From an uncultured Candidatus Saccharibacteria bacterium (GTDB lineage: Bacteria > Patescibacteriota > Minisyncoccia > Phycocordibacterales > UBA12088), in NCBI GenBank assembly GCA_964411375.1, contig CAYPKR010000002.1, positions 64,894 through 128,893 of the forward strand: 64,000 nucleotides of DNA, read 5' to 3'. Of the stretch, positions 1 to 9,636 are shown piece by piece. How positions within the stretch are numbered: the first letter of the stretch is position 1; each line of letters opens with the position of its first letter. The notes under the pieces are model-generated. The model made no database searches. It was given only the letters and a program-made list of their open reading frames with translations, and was not told where the DNA came from. A program made the position numbers and the translations under genes.

Positions 1-1
1 C

Positions 2-496
2 GTTGGTGCAAATGTGGGCTCGGTATACGTTCTAGATGCAGTCGCAAGCGCATTCGGAATTGGGTTCGTCGCCCTTCTTGAATTGTATACTCCATCGGTT
101 TTTGACTTCCCGATAACGTATATCATTGGATTTTTGGTATTCAGTTATGGAGTTTGGGGATATTCGCTTTCCAAAAACTTGAAGGCAAATATATATCTTC
201 TGGAGACAACTGGGGCGAGTACTAATATTTTCTCAAAAGCCTTCTATGATCTTGCTCGTTCCACGACATCAAACAGCAATCTACGAAACCTAGCTGGAAG
301 TGCTGGGTATATTGCAACTGAATTAGCGAAAGAAATACCATACTATGTACTGGCCTTTGGCGCTGCGGCAGCAAGTCAGGACGTGACTGCTTCAATGTCT
401 ATACTTTTCCTTGCAGGGGCAAATATCGGCGCTGCCGTCTACGAATATGCTTTAGCTTTCAGTACTATGTTCATCCTTCCCTTTATAAAAAAGTAA
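2..496 (+). CDS. Membrane protein of unknown function, probably 5'-truncated by the window edge
   Basis: Frame is open from base 2; several hydrophobic segments; ends 5 nt before the methyltransferase. Confidence 0.7.
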   Translation, partial: VGANVGSVYVLDAVASAFGIGFVALLELYTPSVFDFPITYIIGFLVFSYGVWGYSLSKNLKANIYLLETTGASTNIFSKAFYDLARSTTSNSNLRNLAGSAGYIATELAKEIPYYVLAFGAAAASQDVTASMSILFLAGANIGAAVYEYALAFSTMFILPFIKK

Positions 497-501
497 ACGC
501 T

Positions 502-1281
502 ATGGACAATTCACTAAGCTATCATTCTTACGAAGATCACTGGATTCCACGAGACTATTTGCATCATTATTACAGTCAGATTAATGCTGACGAACAACAT
601 ACGATTCAATTTTTTGTTGATGCGATGCAGAAGGCAGGTAAATCAGGAGAAGTATTATTTTTTGGATGCGGCCCTACGCTCCACCATGTTTTTCTATCGG
701 CTCCCAAGGCGAGCGCGATAGACCTTGCTGATTACCTCCAAAATAATATTGATGAGCTCAAAAAGTGGATTGATAAGGACCCTGAGTCACACAATTGGAC
801 GCAATTTGTAAGCTACACCCTTGAATGCGAGGGAAACACAAATCCTTCGGCAGAAGATGTTGCCGAGCGTGAACGATTGATGCGAGGATTAGTAAGAAAT
901 CTTATTCCAAATGCTGACGTGAAGAAGGGGGCGCCTCTTGGAGAAGCGGGGGTGGGTCGATACCAAACTATCATTAGTGCGTATTGCGCCGATGCAGTAA
1001 CCGCAGATAAAGAAGAGTGGAGAGAATATATGCGAAACATCGCGAGCATGCTTGCTCCCGGAGGTCATTTCATCGTATCAGCGCTAGGCAATACCGATTC
1101 CTATATCGTAAACGGGAAGGTGTTCCCGTGCGCGAATATTACCAAGAAAGACATGGAGGAAGCATTGGGGCAGGATTGCGAACGTGATAGCATAGAAGTA
1201 GTTGAAGTTAGCGAACTCGGTGAACAAAAAGAATTGGGTTACACAGGCATTATTTTAGCCCACGGCATTAAAAAATCATGA
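502..1281 (+). CDS. NNMT/PNMT/TEMT-family class I SAM-dependent methyltransferase
   Basis: N-terminal PRDYLHHYY (NNMT has PRDYLEKYY), motif I FFGCGPT, ADYLQNNIDELKKW, LAPGGHF, and SYIVNGKVFPC matching the NNMT layout. Confidence 0.85.
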   Translation: MDNSLSYHSYEDHWIPRDYLHHYYSQINADEQHTIQFFVDAMQKAGKSGEVLFFGCGPTLHHVFLSAPKASAIDLADYLQNNIDELKKWIDKDPESHNWTQFVSYTLECEGNTNPSAEDVAERERLMRGLVRNLIPNADVKKGAPLGEAGVGRYQTIISAYCADAVTADKEEWREYMRNIASMLAPGGHFIVSALGNTDSYIVNGKVFPCANITKKDMEEALGQDCERDSIEVVEVSELGEQKELGYTGIILAHGIKKS

Positions 1282-2147
1282 AAGAAAGTTATTTTAAATA
1301 TACGGGGAGTTCTCTCTTTATCGCAGGTTTTTTTGGTTGCCTGGTGATGTTATGGATTGCTGGATCGCTTGCAACTTCTCCGATCGATATTCCTGAAACT
1401 GCTCCACCATTTTTGGGTGGCGTTACCGGAGAACCATACAATTATGTATTTGCGTTTCTCTACGGACTGATCCCGCTCTACGGCGGAATAGTCGGCATGA
1501 TGAAAGCGCGAAAATGGGGTATGTTTGCAAGCAAGATGGGAAAGGCGATATTCTTTCTTTCACTCGGTCTTATCACGTGGGGATTCGGCGAACTGATCTG
1601 GTCTTACTACAATTTCTTCCTCAATCAAGAAATTCCATACCCTTCAATTGCTGATGCGAGCTTTATTTTAAGTTGGCCACTCTGGGGAGTGGGAACCTTC
1701 TACCTCTCCCATGCAACAGGAGTAAAGTATGGGCTTCGAAAGATATCGGGAAGACTTCAGATTATTATTGTTCCGATTATTGCGCTTGCCGCATCGTATT
1801 ATCTTTTGGTCACTGTTGCTCGAGGCGGTTCGTTTCCGATTGAAGGGCAATTCATGAAAATATTCTTTGATCTTGCCTACCCAATTTTTGATGTAATGAT
1901 TCTTACCATGGCACTTTTGGTATACGGTCTTTCATTTGAGTGCCTGGGGGGGAGATTTAAATGGCCAGTCCTAATATTACTTTCAGGATTCGTGGTGAAT
2001 TACCTTGCTGACTTTGGATTTTCCTTCACTACAACTACTGGGGCTTTCTATAACGGGAATTGGGTCGATTTATTGTTTGCGGGCGCGATGTTCTTGATTA
2101 GCTTCGCAACTAATAGCTTTGACGTACCTGATACTTCAGTTTCATAA
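1278..2147 (+). CDS. Stand-alone multi-pass membrane sensor-like protein
   Basis: About 8 TM segments; WGFGELIW...PYPSIAD motif typical of membrane input domains of kinases and GGDEF proteins; ATGA overlap with the upstream gene. Confidence 0.65.
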   Translation: MKESYFKYTGSSLFIAGFFGCLVMLWIAGSLATSPIDIPETAPPFLGGVTGEPYNYVFAFLYGLIPLYGGIVGMMKARKWGMFASKMGKAIFFLSLGLITWGFGELIWSYYNFFLNQEIPYPSIADASFILSWPLWGVGTFYLSHATGVKYGLRKISGRLQIIIVPIIALAASYYLLVTVARGGSFPIEGQFMKIFFDLAYPIFDVMILTMALLVYGLSFECLGGRFKWPVLILLSGFVVNYLADFGFSFTTTTGAFYNGNWVDLLFAGAMFLISFATNSFDVPDTSVS

Positions 2148-2156
2148 AATTAAGGT

Positions 2157-2441
2157 ATGAGTGTTTTTGATAAAATCGCAAGTCAAATCATCAAGGAACA
2201 AGGCCTCATTATCGGTCCTATTGCATGGAGTGCTGCGCGAAAAGTTCCCGGTCTTAAAGTAATTGACGAAAAATCTGCTTCAGTAAAACTCGATGAAACT
2301 AAGAGTCCCGAAGTGGTTGACTCCCTTGTTCACGAGTACGAATCCCTTTTTGGACGTGCTGCACGGGAAGTGTGTAAGGATGCGGCGGCACCACTTCTTG
2401 CAGAACTTACACTCGATGCAGTCCCGGCAAGTCTTCGATGA
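2157..2441 (+). CDS. Small hypothetical protein (IIGPIA motif) associated with a kinase
   Basis: 94 aa ORF with ATG, co-oriented between the sensor-like gene and the kinase. Confidence 0.7.
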   Translation: MSVFDKIASQIIKEQGLIIGPIAWSAARKVPGLKVIDEKSASVKLDETKSPEVVDSLVHEYESLFGRAAREVCKDAAAPLLAELTLDAVPASLR

Positions 2442-2484
2442 TCGAGGAGGATGTTACTCGTTTGTCTAATCATTTGTATTTGAC

Positions 2485-3864
2485 ATGGCTGACCAACCAG
2501 AAAAAGCGGGATCCACAACCAAGGAGCTTCAAGATGTAACCGAAAGTTTGTACAAACAGAATCTTGAACTTGCCGTTAAAAATAAGACACTCTCACTCCT
2601 TGAAAAGTTATATCAGATCAGTATTCTGACACTCGAATCCCATGAGATTGCAGCTCGCATAAGCGAAACTATCCAAGAAGATTTGAATTTCGAGCATGTT
2701 GGGATATTGCGGTTCCATCACTCCACGAATACCCTTGCAACCCTGGCAACTGCAGATTCCATACATTTCGGAGAGGTTCTTGGCGGAGCGGAATATCACT
2801 GCACAAGTGAAACACCTAACTTGCACAGCAATATCTTCTTTAAACAAGTCATCGAAGAAAAGCGGATGGGGTATAGTGAACATCTCCTTGATGTATGGGG
2901 TGATAATTGTCCAAAGGAACTATTGGCAGAGCTCGAAGAAAAAGGACGTGTACATTCGGTTATCGCCTTTCCACTTTTTATTGAAAAAAATGTTATTGGT
3001 ATCTGTCTCTTAGTACTCAATCGAGACTATACCGAGCTTCCCAATTATGAAAAGGAAGCAATTGCAAGCGTCATCAACGTAATCGCTGTTGCACTCGACA
3101 AGGCAACTTTGTATGAAAAATTAAAAGAGAGTAACGCAGAACTGGAAGTGAGTAATGATCGTCTGCGAAATCTTGATCAATTGAAAACAGAATTTGTCTC
3201 AATCGCATCGCATCAACTCCGCGCACCAGTGACGGCAATAAAAGGGTACGCGTCCCTGATCCTGGAAGGTTCTTTTGGCACAGTCCCTGCGTCTCTTGAC
3301 GAAGCAGTATCGCGTATTTTTTCCTCGAGTAAATATATGGCGTCTTCGATTGACGATTTCTTGAATGTTTCTCGAATCGAACAAGGGAAAATGAAGTATG
3401 ATTTGAAATCATTCGATGTTACTTCCATGGTGAAACAAACGTACACCGAATTTTTACCCATTGCCGAAAAGAAAAAATTGCAATTGATCTTTACTGAGAC
3501 AGGAGTGATTGACGCACATGCGGATGAAGGAAAAGCGAAGCAGGTCATCACAAATATTCTCGATAATTCTCTGAAGTACACACTGAAGGGAAGTGTCATC
3601 ATCTCAATGAGTAAAGATGAATCTCGTAAAAAAGTAGTAATTGTAATTCAAGACACTGGTGTTGGTATCTCAAAAGAAGATCGAGAAAAGTTGTTTACCA
3701 AATTTGCACGAGCTTCGAATGCAAACACCGCAAATGTGCAGGGAACAGGCTTGGGTCTTTTTGTCGCCCGTGAAATGGCACGAGCTATGGGCGGTGATAT
3801 TCGTCTGGAGTCGGAAGGGGTGGGAAAAGGGACAAAATCGACGATTGAGCTTCCGGTAGCCTAA
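2485..3864 (+). CDS. Soluble GAF-domain sensor histidine kinase
   Basis: GAF-like N-terminus, H-box SHQLRAP, N-box NILDNSLKYT, G1 DTGVG, G2 GTGLGL. Confidence 0.93.
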   Translation: MADQPEKAGSTTKELQDVTESLYKQNLELAVKNKTLSLLEKLYQISILTLESHEIAARISETIQEDLNFEHVGILRFHHSTNTLATLATADSIHFGEVLGGAEYHCTSETPNLHSNIFFKQVIEEKRMGYSEHLLDVWGDNCPKELLAELEEKGRVHSVIAFPLFIEKNVIGICLLVLNRDYTELPNYEKEAIASVINVIAVALDKATLYEKLKESNAELEVSNDRLRNLDQLKTEFVSIASHQLRAPVTAIKGYASLILEGSFGTVPASLDEAVSRIFSSSKYMASSIDDFLNVSRIEQGKMKYDLKSFDVTSMVKQTYTEFLPIAEKKKLQLIFTETGVIDAHADEGKAKQVITNILDNSLKYTLKGSVIISMSKDESRKKVVIVIQDTGVGISKEDREKLFTKFARASNANTANVQGTGLGLFVAREMARAMGGDIRLESEGVGKGTKSTIELPVA

Positions 3865-3916
3865 TCCCGTCTTTTTACTGTCCAAAATGGTCATTTTTTG
3901 CTAAAATCGCCCTATT

Positions 3917-4876
3917 ATGGCTGATGCTTCTACAAAACGTCTCCTTACGGGTTTACAGCCCTCTGGGGCGCTTCATATTGGCAACTACTTTGGGGCTTTA
4001 AAGCCATTTGTTGAGCTCTCGAATAGCGGGGAATTCGACAAGATTTTCCTCATGGTTGTCGATTATCACGCCCTTACGTCACTCAAAGATCCTGCCACAC
4101 TTCGCCAAAATATAATCGACGTCGTCAAAGATTATGTCGCCGCAGGTGTCGATCTCGACAAAGTAATTTTATTCAAACAATCAGACGTATCTGAACATAC
4201 GGAACTTGCATGGATTTTTGAATGTTTGGTAACGGTTCCATTTTTGATGCAAGCGCATTCGTACAAAGACAAAGTTGCGAAAGGACTTGAAGCGAATGCC
4301 GGTCTATTTAACTATCCGATGCTCATGGCGGCAGATATTCTTCTGTACGACATTTCCACGGTCCCCGTTGGGCAAGATCAACGCCAGCATATTGAATATG
4401 CGCGCGAAGCCGCATCGAAGTTCAATATTGCCTTTGGACAAACATTCGTTGAACCTGAAGGAAAAATCTTGGACGGAGTTGCGATTGTTCCGGGAGTAGA
4501 CGGTCAAAAGATGTCGAAGAGTTACAAAAACACGATTCCTTTGTTTGGTTCGCGTGAGGAAATTTCAAAAGCAGTAATGTCCATCGTTACTGATTCGTCC
4601 GGCGGACGCCCTGAAAACGTGTACGCTATTCATAAGCTTTTCAGGTCTGAAGCTGAACTTAAAAGCTTGTATGATTCGAATAAGGGAAATTACAAAGCTT
4701 TGAAGGAGGCATTGATCAATGACATTGATGCATATATTGGAGATATGCGCACAAAACGAGAATCGGTGACCGATGAGCAAGTACAAGAGATTCTTTCCCG
4801 TGGCGCAAAGGCAGCAAAAGAAATTGCTGGAGCAAAGATGGCGGACGTGCGAAAGAAAGTTGGCGTAACAATATAA
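3917..4876 (+). CDS. trpS: Tryptophan--tRNA ligase
   Basis: TGLQPSG.LHIGNY, YPMLMAADIL, VPVGQDQ, KMSKS. Confidence 0.97.
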   Translation: MADASTKRLLTGLQPSGALHIGNYFGALKPFVELSNSGEFDKIFLMVVDYHALTSLKDPATLRQNIIDVVKDYVAAGVDLDKVILFKQSDVSEHTELAWIFECLVTVPFLMQAHSYKDKVAKGLEANAGLFNYPMLMAADILLYDISTVPVGQDQRQHIEYAREAASKFNIAFGQTFVEPEGKILDGVAIVPGVDGQKMSKSYKNTIPLFGSREEISKAVMSIVTDSSGGRPENVYAIHKLFRSEAELKSLYDSNKGNYKALKEALINDIDAYIGDMRTKRESVTDEQVQEILSRGAKAAKEIAGAKMADVRKKVGVTI

Positions 4877-4878
4877 CC

Positions 4879-6213
4879 ATGGAGCGAATACTTATTGGAG
4901 AATTGCATGACCACATTGGGGAAGAAGTCACGATCAGTGGCTGGGTAGATGTCGCACGTGATCAAGGAAAAATGGCATTCTTCGATTTTCGTGACCGAAG
5001 CGGAAAAGTGCAAGGTGTGGTGTTCGGAAAACCAGACGTGCTTGAAGTTGCGAAACGACTCAAATCAGAATGGGTGGTTTCAGTGACTGGAAAAGTAAAT
5101 GAACGTCCGGAAAAAATGGTTAACAAAGATCAACCGAACGGAAATATTGAACTTGAAATCACTGGAATTGAGATACTCGCTGAAGCTGAAGTACTTCCGT
5201 TTGAACTTGGCACGGAGCTCAACCTCGACACGCTCCTTGATTATCGTCCGCTCACCCTTCGAAGCGAACGAGAACGTGCCATCTTCAAAGTGCAACATAC
5301 TATCATTCAAGCGTATCGAGATTTTCTTGTTGCGGAAGGATTTACTGAATTTCAAGCACCAAAACTCGTAGGCGATGATGCGGAAGGCGGCGGCAACGTA
5401 TTTAAGCTTGATTATTTCAACGGTAAATACGCGTTCCTTGCGACGAGCCCACAGCTCTACAAAGAAATTATGGTTGGAGTGTTTGAACGTGTTTTTTCAA
5501 TAGGGAATGTATTCCGTGCAGAGAAACATGCGACCACGCGCCATATCAACGAATATACTTCAATTGATATCGAATGCGGATTCATCAAGGATCACACCGA
5601 TCTCATGCGTCTCGAGACAAAGTTGATGCGATATATCCTTGCTCGCCTCCATGAACAGTGCGAAACCGAATTTGAAATTGTTGGCGCAGAGTTTCCACTT
5701 ATACCAGAGGGTGACATCTTCCCATACATGAAACTTCGAGAAGCGCAGGCGCTTATTTCAAAAGAAACCGGTGTCGATTGCACGAACGAACCAGATCTCG
5801 AACCTGAACATGAACGTTGGCTCTGTACCTATGCGAAAGAAAAATTGGGAAGTGATTTCATTTTTATAACCCATTATCCGGTATCAAAACGCCCATTTTA
5901 CACAATGGAAGATTCTAATGATCCTGGATTTACCAAAAGCTTCGACTTGTTATTTCGAGGAATCGAAATCACGACTGGCGGACAGCGAGTGAATCAATAC
6001 AGCATGATGATCGAAAAGCTTAAGGCGAAAGGACTTGATCCTGAAAATTTCTCGTTCTACTTGCAAGCATTTAAATTTGGTATGCCACCGCACGGGGGAT
6101 GGGGGATGGGTCTCGAGCGTCTCACTGAAAAATTCTTAAATATTGCAAACGTCAAAGAAGCAACACTTTTCCCGCGTGATATTAATCGCATTGATAATTT
6201 GCTGTCCAAATAG
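4879..6213 (+). CDS. aspS: Aspartate--tRNA(Asp/Asn) ligase, short archaeal-type (likely non-discriminating)
   Basis: OB fold, SPQLYK, motif 2 FRAE, motif 3 PPHGGWGMGLERL; 444 aa with no GAD insertion. Confidence 0.92.
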   Translation: MERILIGELHDHIGEEVTISGWVDVARDQGKMAFFDFRDRSGKVQGVVFGKPDVLEVAKRLKSEWVVSVTGKVNERPEKMVNKDQPNGNIELEITGIEILAEAEVLPFELGTELNLDTLLDYRPLTLRSERERAIFKVQHTIIQAYRDFLVAEGFTEFQAPKLVGDDAEGGGNVFKLDYFNGKYAFLATSPQLYKEIMVGVFERVFSIGNVFRAEKHATTRHINEYTSIDIECGFIKDHTDLMRLETKLMRYILARLHEQCETEFEIVGAEFPLIPEGDIFPYMKLREAQALISKETGVDCTNEPDLEPEHERWLCTYAKEKLGSDFIFITHYPVSKRPFYTMEDSNDPGFTKSFDLLFRGIEITTGGQRVNQYSMMIEKLKAKGLDPENFSFYLQAFKFGMPPHGGWGMGLERLTEKFLNIANVKEATLFPRDINRIDNLLSK

Positions 6214-6215
6214 AA

Positions 6216-6953
6216 ATGCCGCCTACTGGCTATCAACTCAAACTGCCATCATTTGAAGGTCCTCTCGACCTTCTCTTGTCATTTATTGAGCGTCGAAAGC
6301 TTTCTATAAGCGACGTTTCTCTCGCCTCTGTTTCCGACGATTTTATTTCCTACATGAATGAGCACAAGGAATTTCCAATTCCTGAGGCGGCTCATTTCGT
6401 GTTGGTTGCGTCCACTCTACTTCTCATAAAATCAAAATCGCTTCTTCCAACACTCGACCTCACCAGCGAAGAAGAGGCGTCGATCGAGGATCTTGCAAAA
6501 CGTTTATCGCTCTATAAATATTTCCGCACCGTTGGTGATACCGTTCGTGCAGTTTTTGGACGCACAGTACTTTTTTCAAAAGATTCAAATCGAAAAGTGT
6601 TGGATCCAGTGTTTTCTCCGCATGAAAGCATAACAAAAGAATCACTTCGTCTTGCGGCCGGAAGAGTACTTGATTCAGTTCCTGAACCCGAAACACTCCC
6701 GAAAGCAATGGTTAAAAAGGTGATGAGCCTCGAGGAGATGATCGACACACTCGCTACGCGCATTCAATCGAGCATGAAACTTTCATTTAATGAATTTTCA
6801 GGAATGGGCAAAAAAGAAAAAGTGGAAGTGATTGTTGGATTCCTTGCGATGCTTGAACTCGTGAAGCAGGGAGTAATTACGGTCGAGCAGAGCGGACGTT
6901 TTTCTGATATTGTGATTCAAACTGACGCAGTCGGTGTGCCAAGATACGGCTAA
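6216..6953 (+). CDS. scpA: Segregation and condensation protein A
   Basis: FEGPLDLLL, LLLIKSKSLLP, FLAMLELVK. Confidence 0.95.
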   Translation: MPPTGYQLKLPSFEGPLDLLLSFIERRKLSISDVSLASVSDDFISYMNEHKEFPIPEAAHFVLVASTLLLIKSKSLLPTLDLTSEEEASIEDLAKRLSLYKYFRTVGDTVRAVFGRTVLFSKDSNRKVLDPVFSPHESITKESLRLAAGRVLDSVPEPETLPKAMVKKVMSLEEMIDTLATRIQSSMKLSFNEFSGMGKKEKVEVIVGFLAMLELVKQGVITVEQSGRFSDIVIQTDAVGVPRYG

Positions 6954-6957
6954 TACT

Positions 6958-7497
6958 ATGGATCTTCCTCAAAAAATAGAAGCATTTTTGTTTTACCGCG
7001 GAGAACCCGTGAAGATTGGTACGCTTTCCAAAACACTCAGCGAAGAACAGAGTGCGGTAGTGGAAGCCCTCGAACAACTCCGAACTTCTCTCACCGGTAG
7101 AGGAATTACGCTGGTCGAAGCAAATGGGGAAGTAGAACTTATGACTTCACCAGAAGCAGCTTCACTGATTGAAAATATTCGAAAAGAAGAACTCTCAAAA
7201 GATTTGGGAAAAGCCGGACTTGAAGTGTTATCGATCATAATGTACAAAGGACCAATCTCTCGCTCTCAAATTGATTACATTCGTGGAGTGAATTCATCAT
7301 TTATTCTTCGGAATATGTTGGTGCGGGGACTCATTGAGCGAGTTTCAAATCCGAATGATGAGCGGAGTTTCCTGTACCGAGGATCGATGGATCTTTTGGC
7401 ACATATGGGGGTCTCTCGAATTGAAGATCTACCGGATTATGCTGCGGTCAGAAGTGAATTAGAAGCAATCGAAGCAAAGATACATGCTGACGAATAA
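6958..7497 (+). CDS. scpB: Segregation and condensation protein B
   Basis: LEVLSIIMYKGPISRSQIDYIRGVNS; follows scpA; ATG at 6958 preferred. Confidence 0.95.
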   Translation: MDLPQKIEAFLFYRGEPVKIGTLSKTLSEEQSAVVEALEQLRTSLTGRGITLVEANGEVELMTSPEAASLIENIRKEELSKDLGKAGLEVLSIIMYKGPISRSQIDYIRGVNSSFILRNMLVRGLIERVSNPNDERSFLYRGSMDLLAHMGVSRIEDLPDYAAVRSELEAIEAKIHADE

Positions 7498-8488
7498 TCC
7501 TGAATCTGAACCTCGCTTTCTTTCAGAAGGAGCGACTCGCGTGTTATTTCATCCTGCGAGTATTTTTGCATTTCTTGGAATTGCGCTTCTCATTACAGTC
7601 GGTAGTTTATGGTATGGAGAAAAAAATAGTGAAGCAAAAACAACGTCAATCGTACAAGCAAAGACTCCACCACCATTCACTCTCGCTATGCCGCTTTTTG
7701 CAAAAGCCGCATATGTATATGATCCCGAAACAGGCGACGTACTCTTCGCAAGAAGTGCAGAACTGCAACTTCCGCTCGCATCTCTTACCAAACTAATGAC
7801 GGCGCTTGTTGCATCAAACAAACTCGCCGACAATGATACGGTGGTCATAAATGATGCCGCGCTCCGTGAAGATGGGGCAAGCGGACTTGAAGGCGGGGAA
7901 CGCTGGTCATTTAAAAAATTGCTCGGCTTTACATTGGTCTCATCCTCAAACGATGGAGCGCACGCCCTGGCGAGTGCTGCGGGCGCAACACTGCTTCTGA
8001 CTCCGCAAGCACAAGCTTCTGACAAAGAGAGTGTCGACACGTTTGTTGCCAACATGAATGCCGAAGCAAAAAGACTCGGAATGTCGCAAACATATTTCCT
8101 CAACCCAACCGGACTTGATGAATCGGTTGGACAAAGTGGCGCGTATGGTTCCGCTGATGATATTGCGCACCTCATGGCGTATATTCTGAAGGCGAAACCA
8201 GAACTTCTTTCTGCAACTCCAGCTACAAAATTAGTTACGACCGACCAGAACGGGGAAGTGAAGACGGTAAAAAACACAAACACTGCGATTGGTGATTTTC
8301 CCGGCCTTATCGCCTCAAAAACAGGATATACGGATCTTGCCGGTGGAAACCTGGCGATTGCCTTCGACGCGGGATTGGCGCACCCAATCATTATTGTCGT
8401 TCTCGGTTCTACCGAAGAAGGACGCTTTATTGACGCCAAAACCCTACTCGACGCGACACTGGTTCAAATGGGCAAAAGAGAGGAATAA
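7484..8488 (+). CDS. D-alanyl-D-alanine carboxypeptidase (peptidase S11)
   Basis: N-terminal TM; ASLTKLMT (SxxK), SSN, NPTGL, KTGYT. Confidence 0.9.
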   Translation: MLTNNPESEPRFLSEGATRVLFHPASIFAFLGIALLITVGSLWYGEKNSEAKTTSIVQAKTPPPFTLAMPLFAKAAYVYDPETGDVLFARSAELQLPLASLTKLMTALVASNKLADNDTVVINDAALREDGASGLEGGERWSFKKLLGFTLVSSSNDGAHALASAAGATLLLTPQAQASDKESVDTFVANMNAEAKRLGMSQTYFLNPTGLDESVGQSGAYGSADDIAHLMAYILKAKPELLSATPATKLVTTDQNGEVKTVKNTNTAIGDFPGLIASKTGYTDLAGGNLAIAFDAGLAHPIIIVVLGSTEEGRFIDAKTLLDATLVQMGKREE

Positions 8489-8548
8489 AGCTTTCCAGTT
8501 GGTTCGGAGCCCTACTCCGGCTATACTTTGAAGGTATAATCAATTCCA

Positions 8549-9631
8549 ATGCCCATTGATCTCATTAAAGTAATCACTCCGCTTGCCGCGGCGTTTTGGA
8601 TTGGGATAGGAATAACTCCTATTCTTACGCACTATTTATACAAATATAAAGTTTGGAAAAAGAAAGGAGGTAAAGAAGCGCTCGACGGCAATCGTGCGGA
8701 AGAATTTGGAAAATTACGGCCCGATACATTGGAAACAAAGACGCCTCGGATGGGCGGCATCGTGATTTGGACGAGTGTCTTCATAACCGTTGTCGGTATG
8801 TGGGCACTCGGAGAATTTTTTCCAGATTCAATTGCCAACAAACTCGATTTTTTGAGTCGCGATCAAACATGGATTCCTCTCCTCTCCTTAATTGCTGGAG
8901 CGATTGTTGGTTTTGTAAATGATTATATTGATGTCACCGCAGAAACAGGGGAGCGGGGAATACCGCTTCGGTATCGACTTATCATTGTCGGTCTGCTCTC
9001 ACTTTTTATCGGCTGGTGGTTTTATGAAAAATTAGATGTAATCGGCATCAGCATTCCAGGTGGAGGAATCCTCGTCTTGGGATGGTGTATCATTCCATTT
9101 TTCATGCTCGTGACACTTGCACTCTATGCGAGTGGCGTTATTGATGGAATTGATGGTCTCTCTGGCGGCGTCTTTAGCTCCATTTTTACTGCGTACGCAA
9201 TCATTGCCTTTGAACAACATCAGGTGAATCTCGCTGCATTTTGTGCCGCAATGGTCGGCGCGATTCTGGCATTTCTCTGGTTTAATATTCCGCCCGCCAG
9301 ATTCTGGATGACCGAAACCGGAACTATGGGCATTACACTTACGATTGCGGTAATCGCCTTTATGACCGATTCACTTGGAGAAGGAATCGGTGTCAGTGTT
9401 CTTCCAATTATTGGCGGTCTTCTGGTTATCACCGTGCTTTCAAATATCATTCAGATTGTTTCAAAAAAAGTATTCGGAAGAAAAGTATTTCGGATCGCAC
9501 CCCTTCACCATCATTTTGAGGCAGTCGGCTGGCCCGGATACAAAGTAACGATGCGATACTGGATTTTGGGAATCATGCTCGCGTTTATTGGCGTTATTGT
9601 CGCGCTTGTCGGCACGACACCGAGCGTATAA
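8549..9631 (+). CDS. mraY: Phospho-N-acetylmuramoyl-pentapeptide transferase
   Basis: TPRMGG, DGIDGL, FLWFNIPPA, APLHHHFE..GW. Confidence 0.94.
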   Translation: MPIDLIKVITPLAAAFWIGIGITPILTHYLYKYKVWKKKGGKEALDGNRAEEFGKLRPDTLETKTPRMGGIVIWTSVFITVVGMWALGEFFPDSIANKLDFLSRDQTWIPLLSLIAGAIVGFVNDYIDVTAETGERGIPLRYRLIIVGLLSLFIGWWFYEKLDVIGISIPGGGILVLGWCIIPFFMLVTLALYASGVIDGIDGLSGGVFSSIFTAYAIIAFEQHQVNLAAFCAAMVGAILAFLWFNIPPARFWMTETGTMGITLTIAVIAFMTDSLGEGIGVSVLPIIGGLLVITVLSNIIQIVSKKVFGRKVFRIAPLHHHFEAVGWPGYKVTMRYWILGIMLAFIGVIVALVGTTPSV

Positions 9632-9636
9632 CTTCC

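Noticed and set aside
7549-8439. Long antisense ORFs (also 24897-25481, 29751-30398, 38712-39332, 44851-45495)
   Set aside because: They lie opposite or out of frame within well-supported genes and carry no recognisable motifs.
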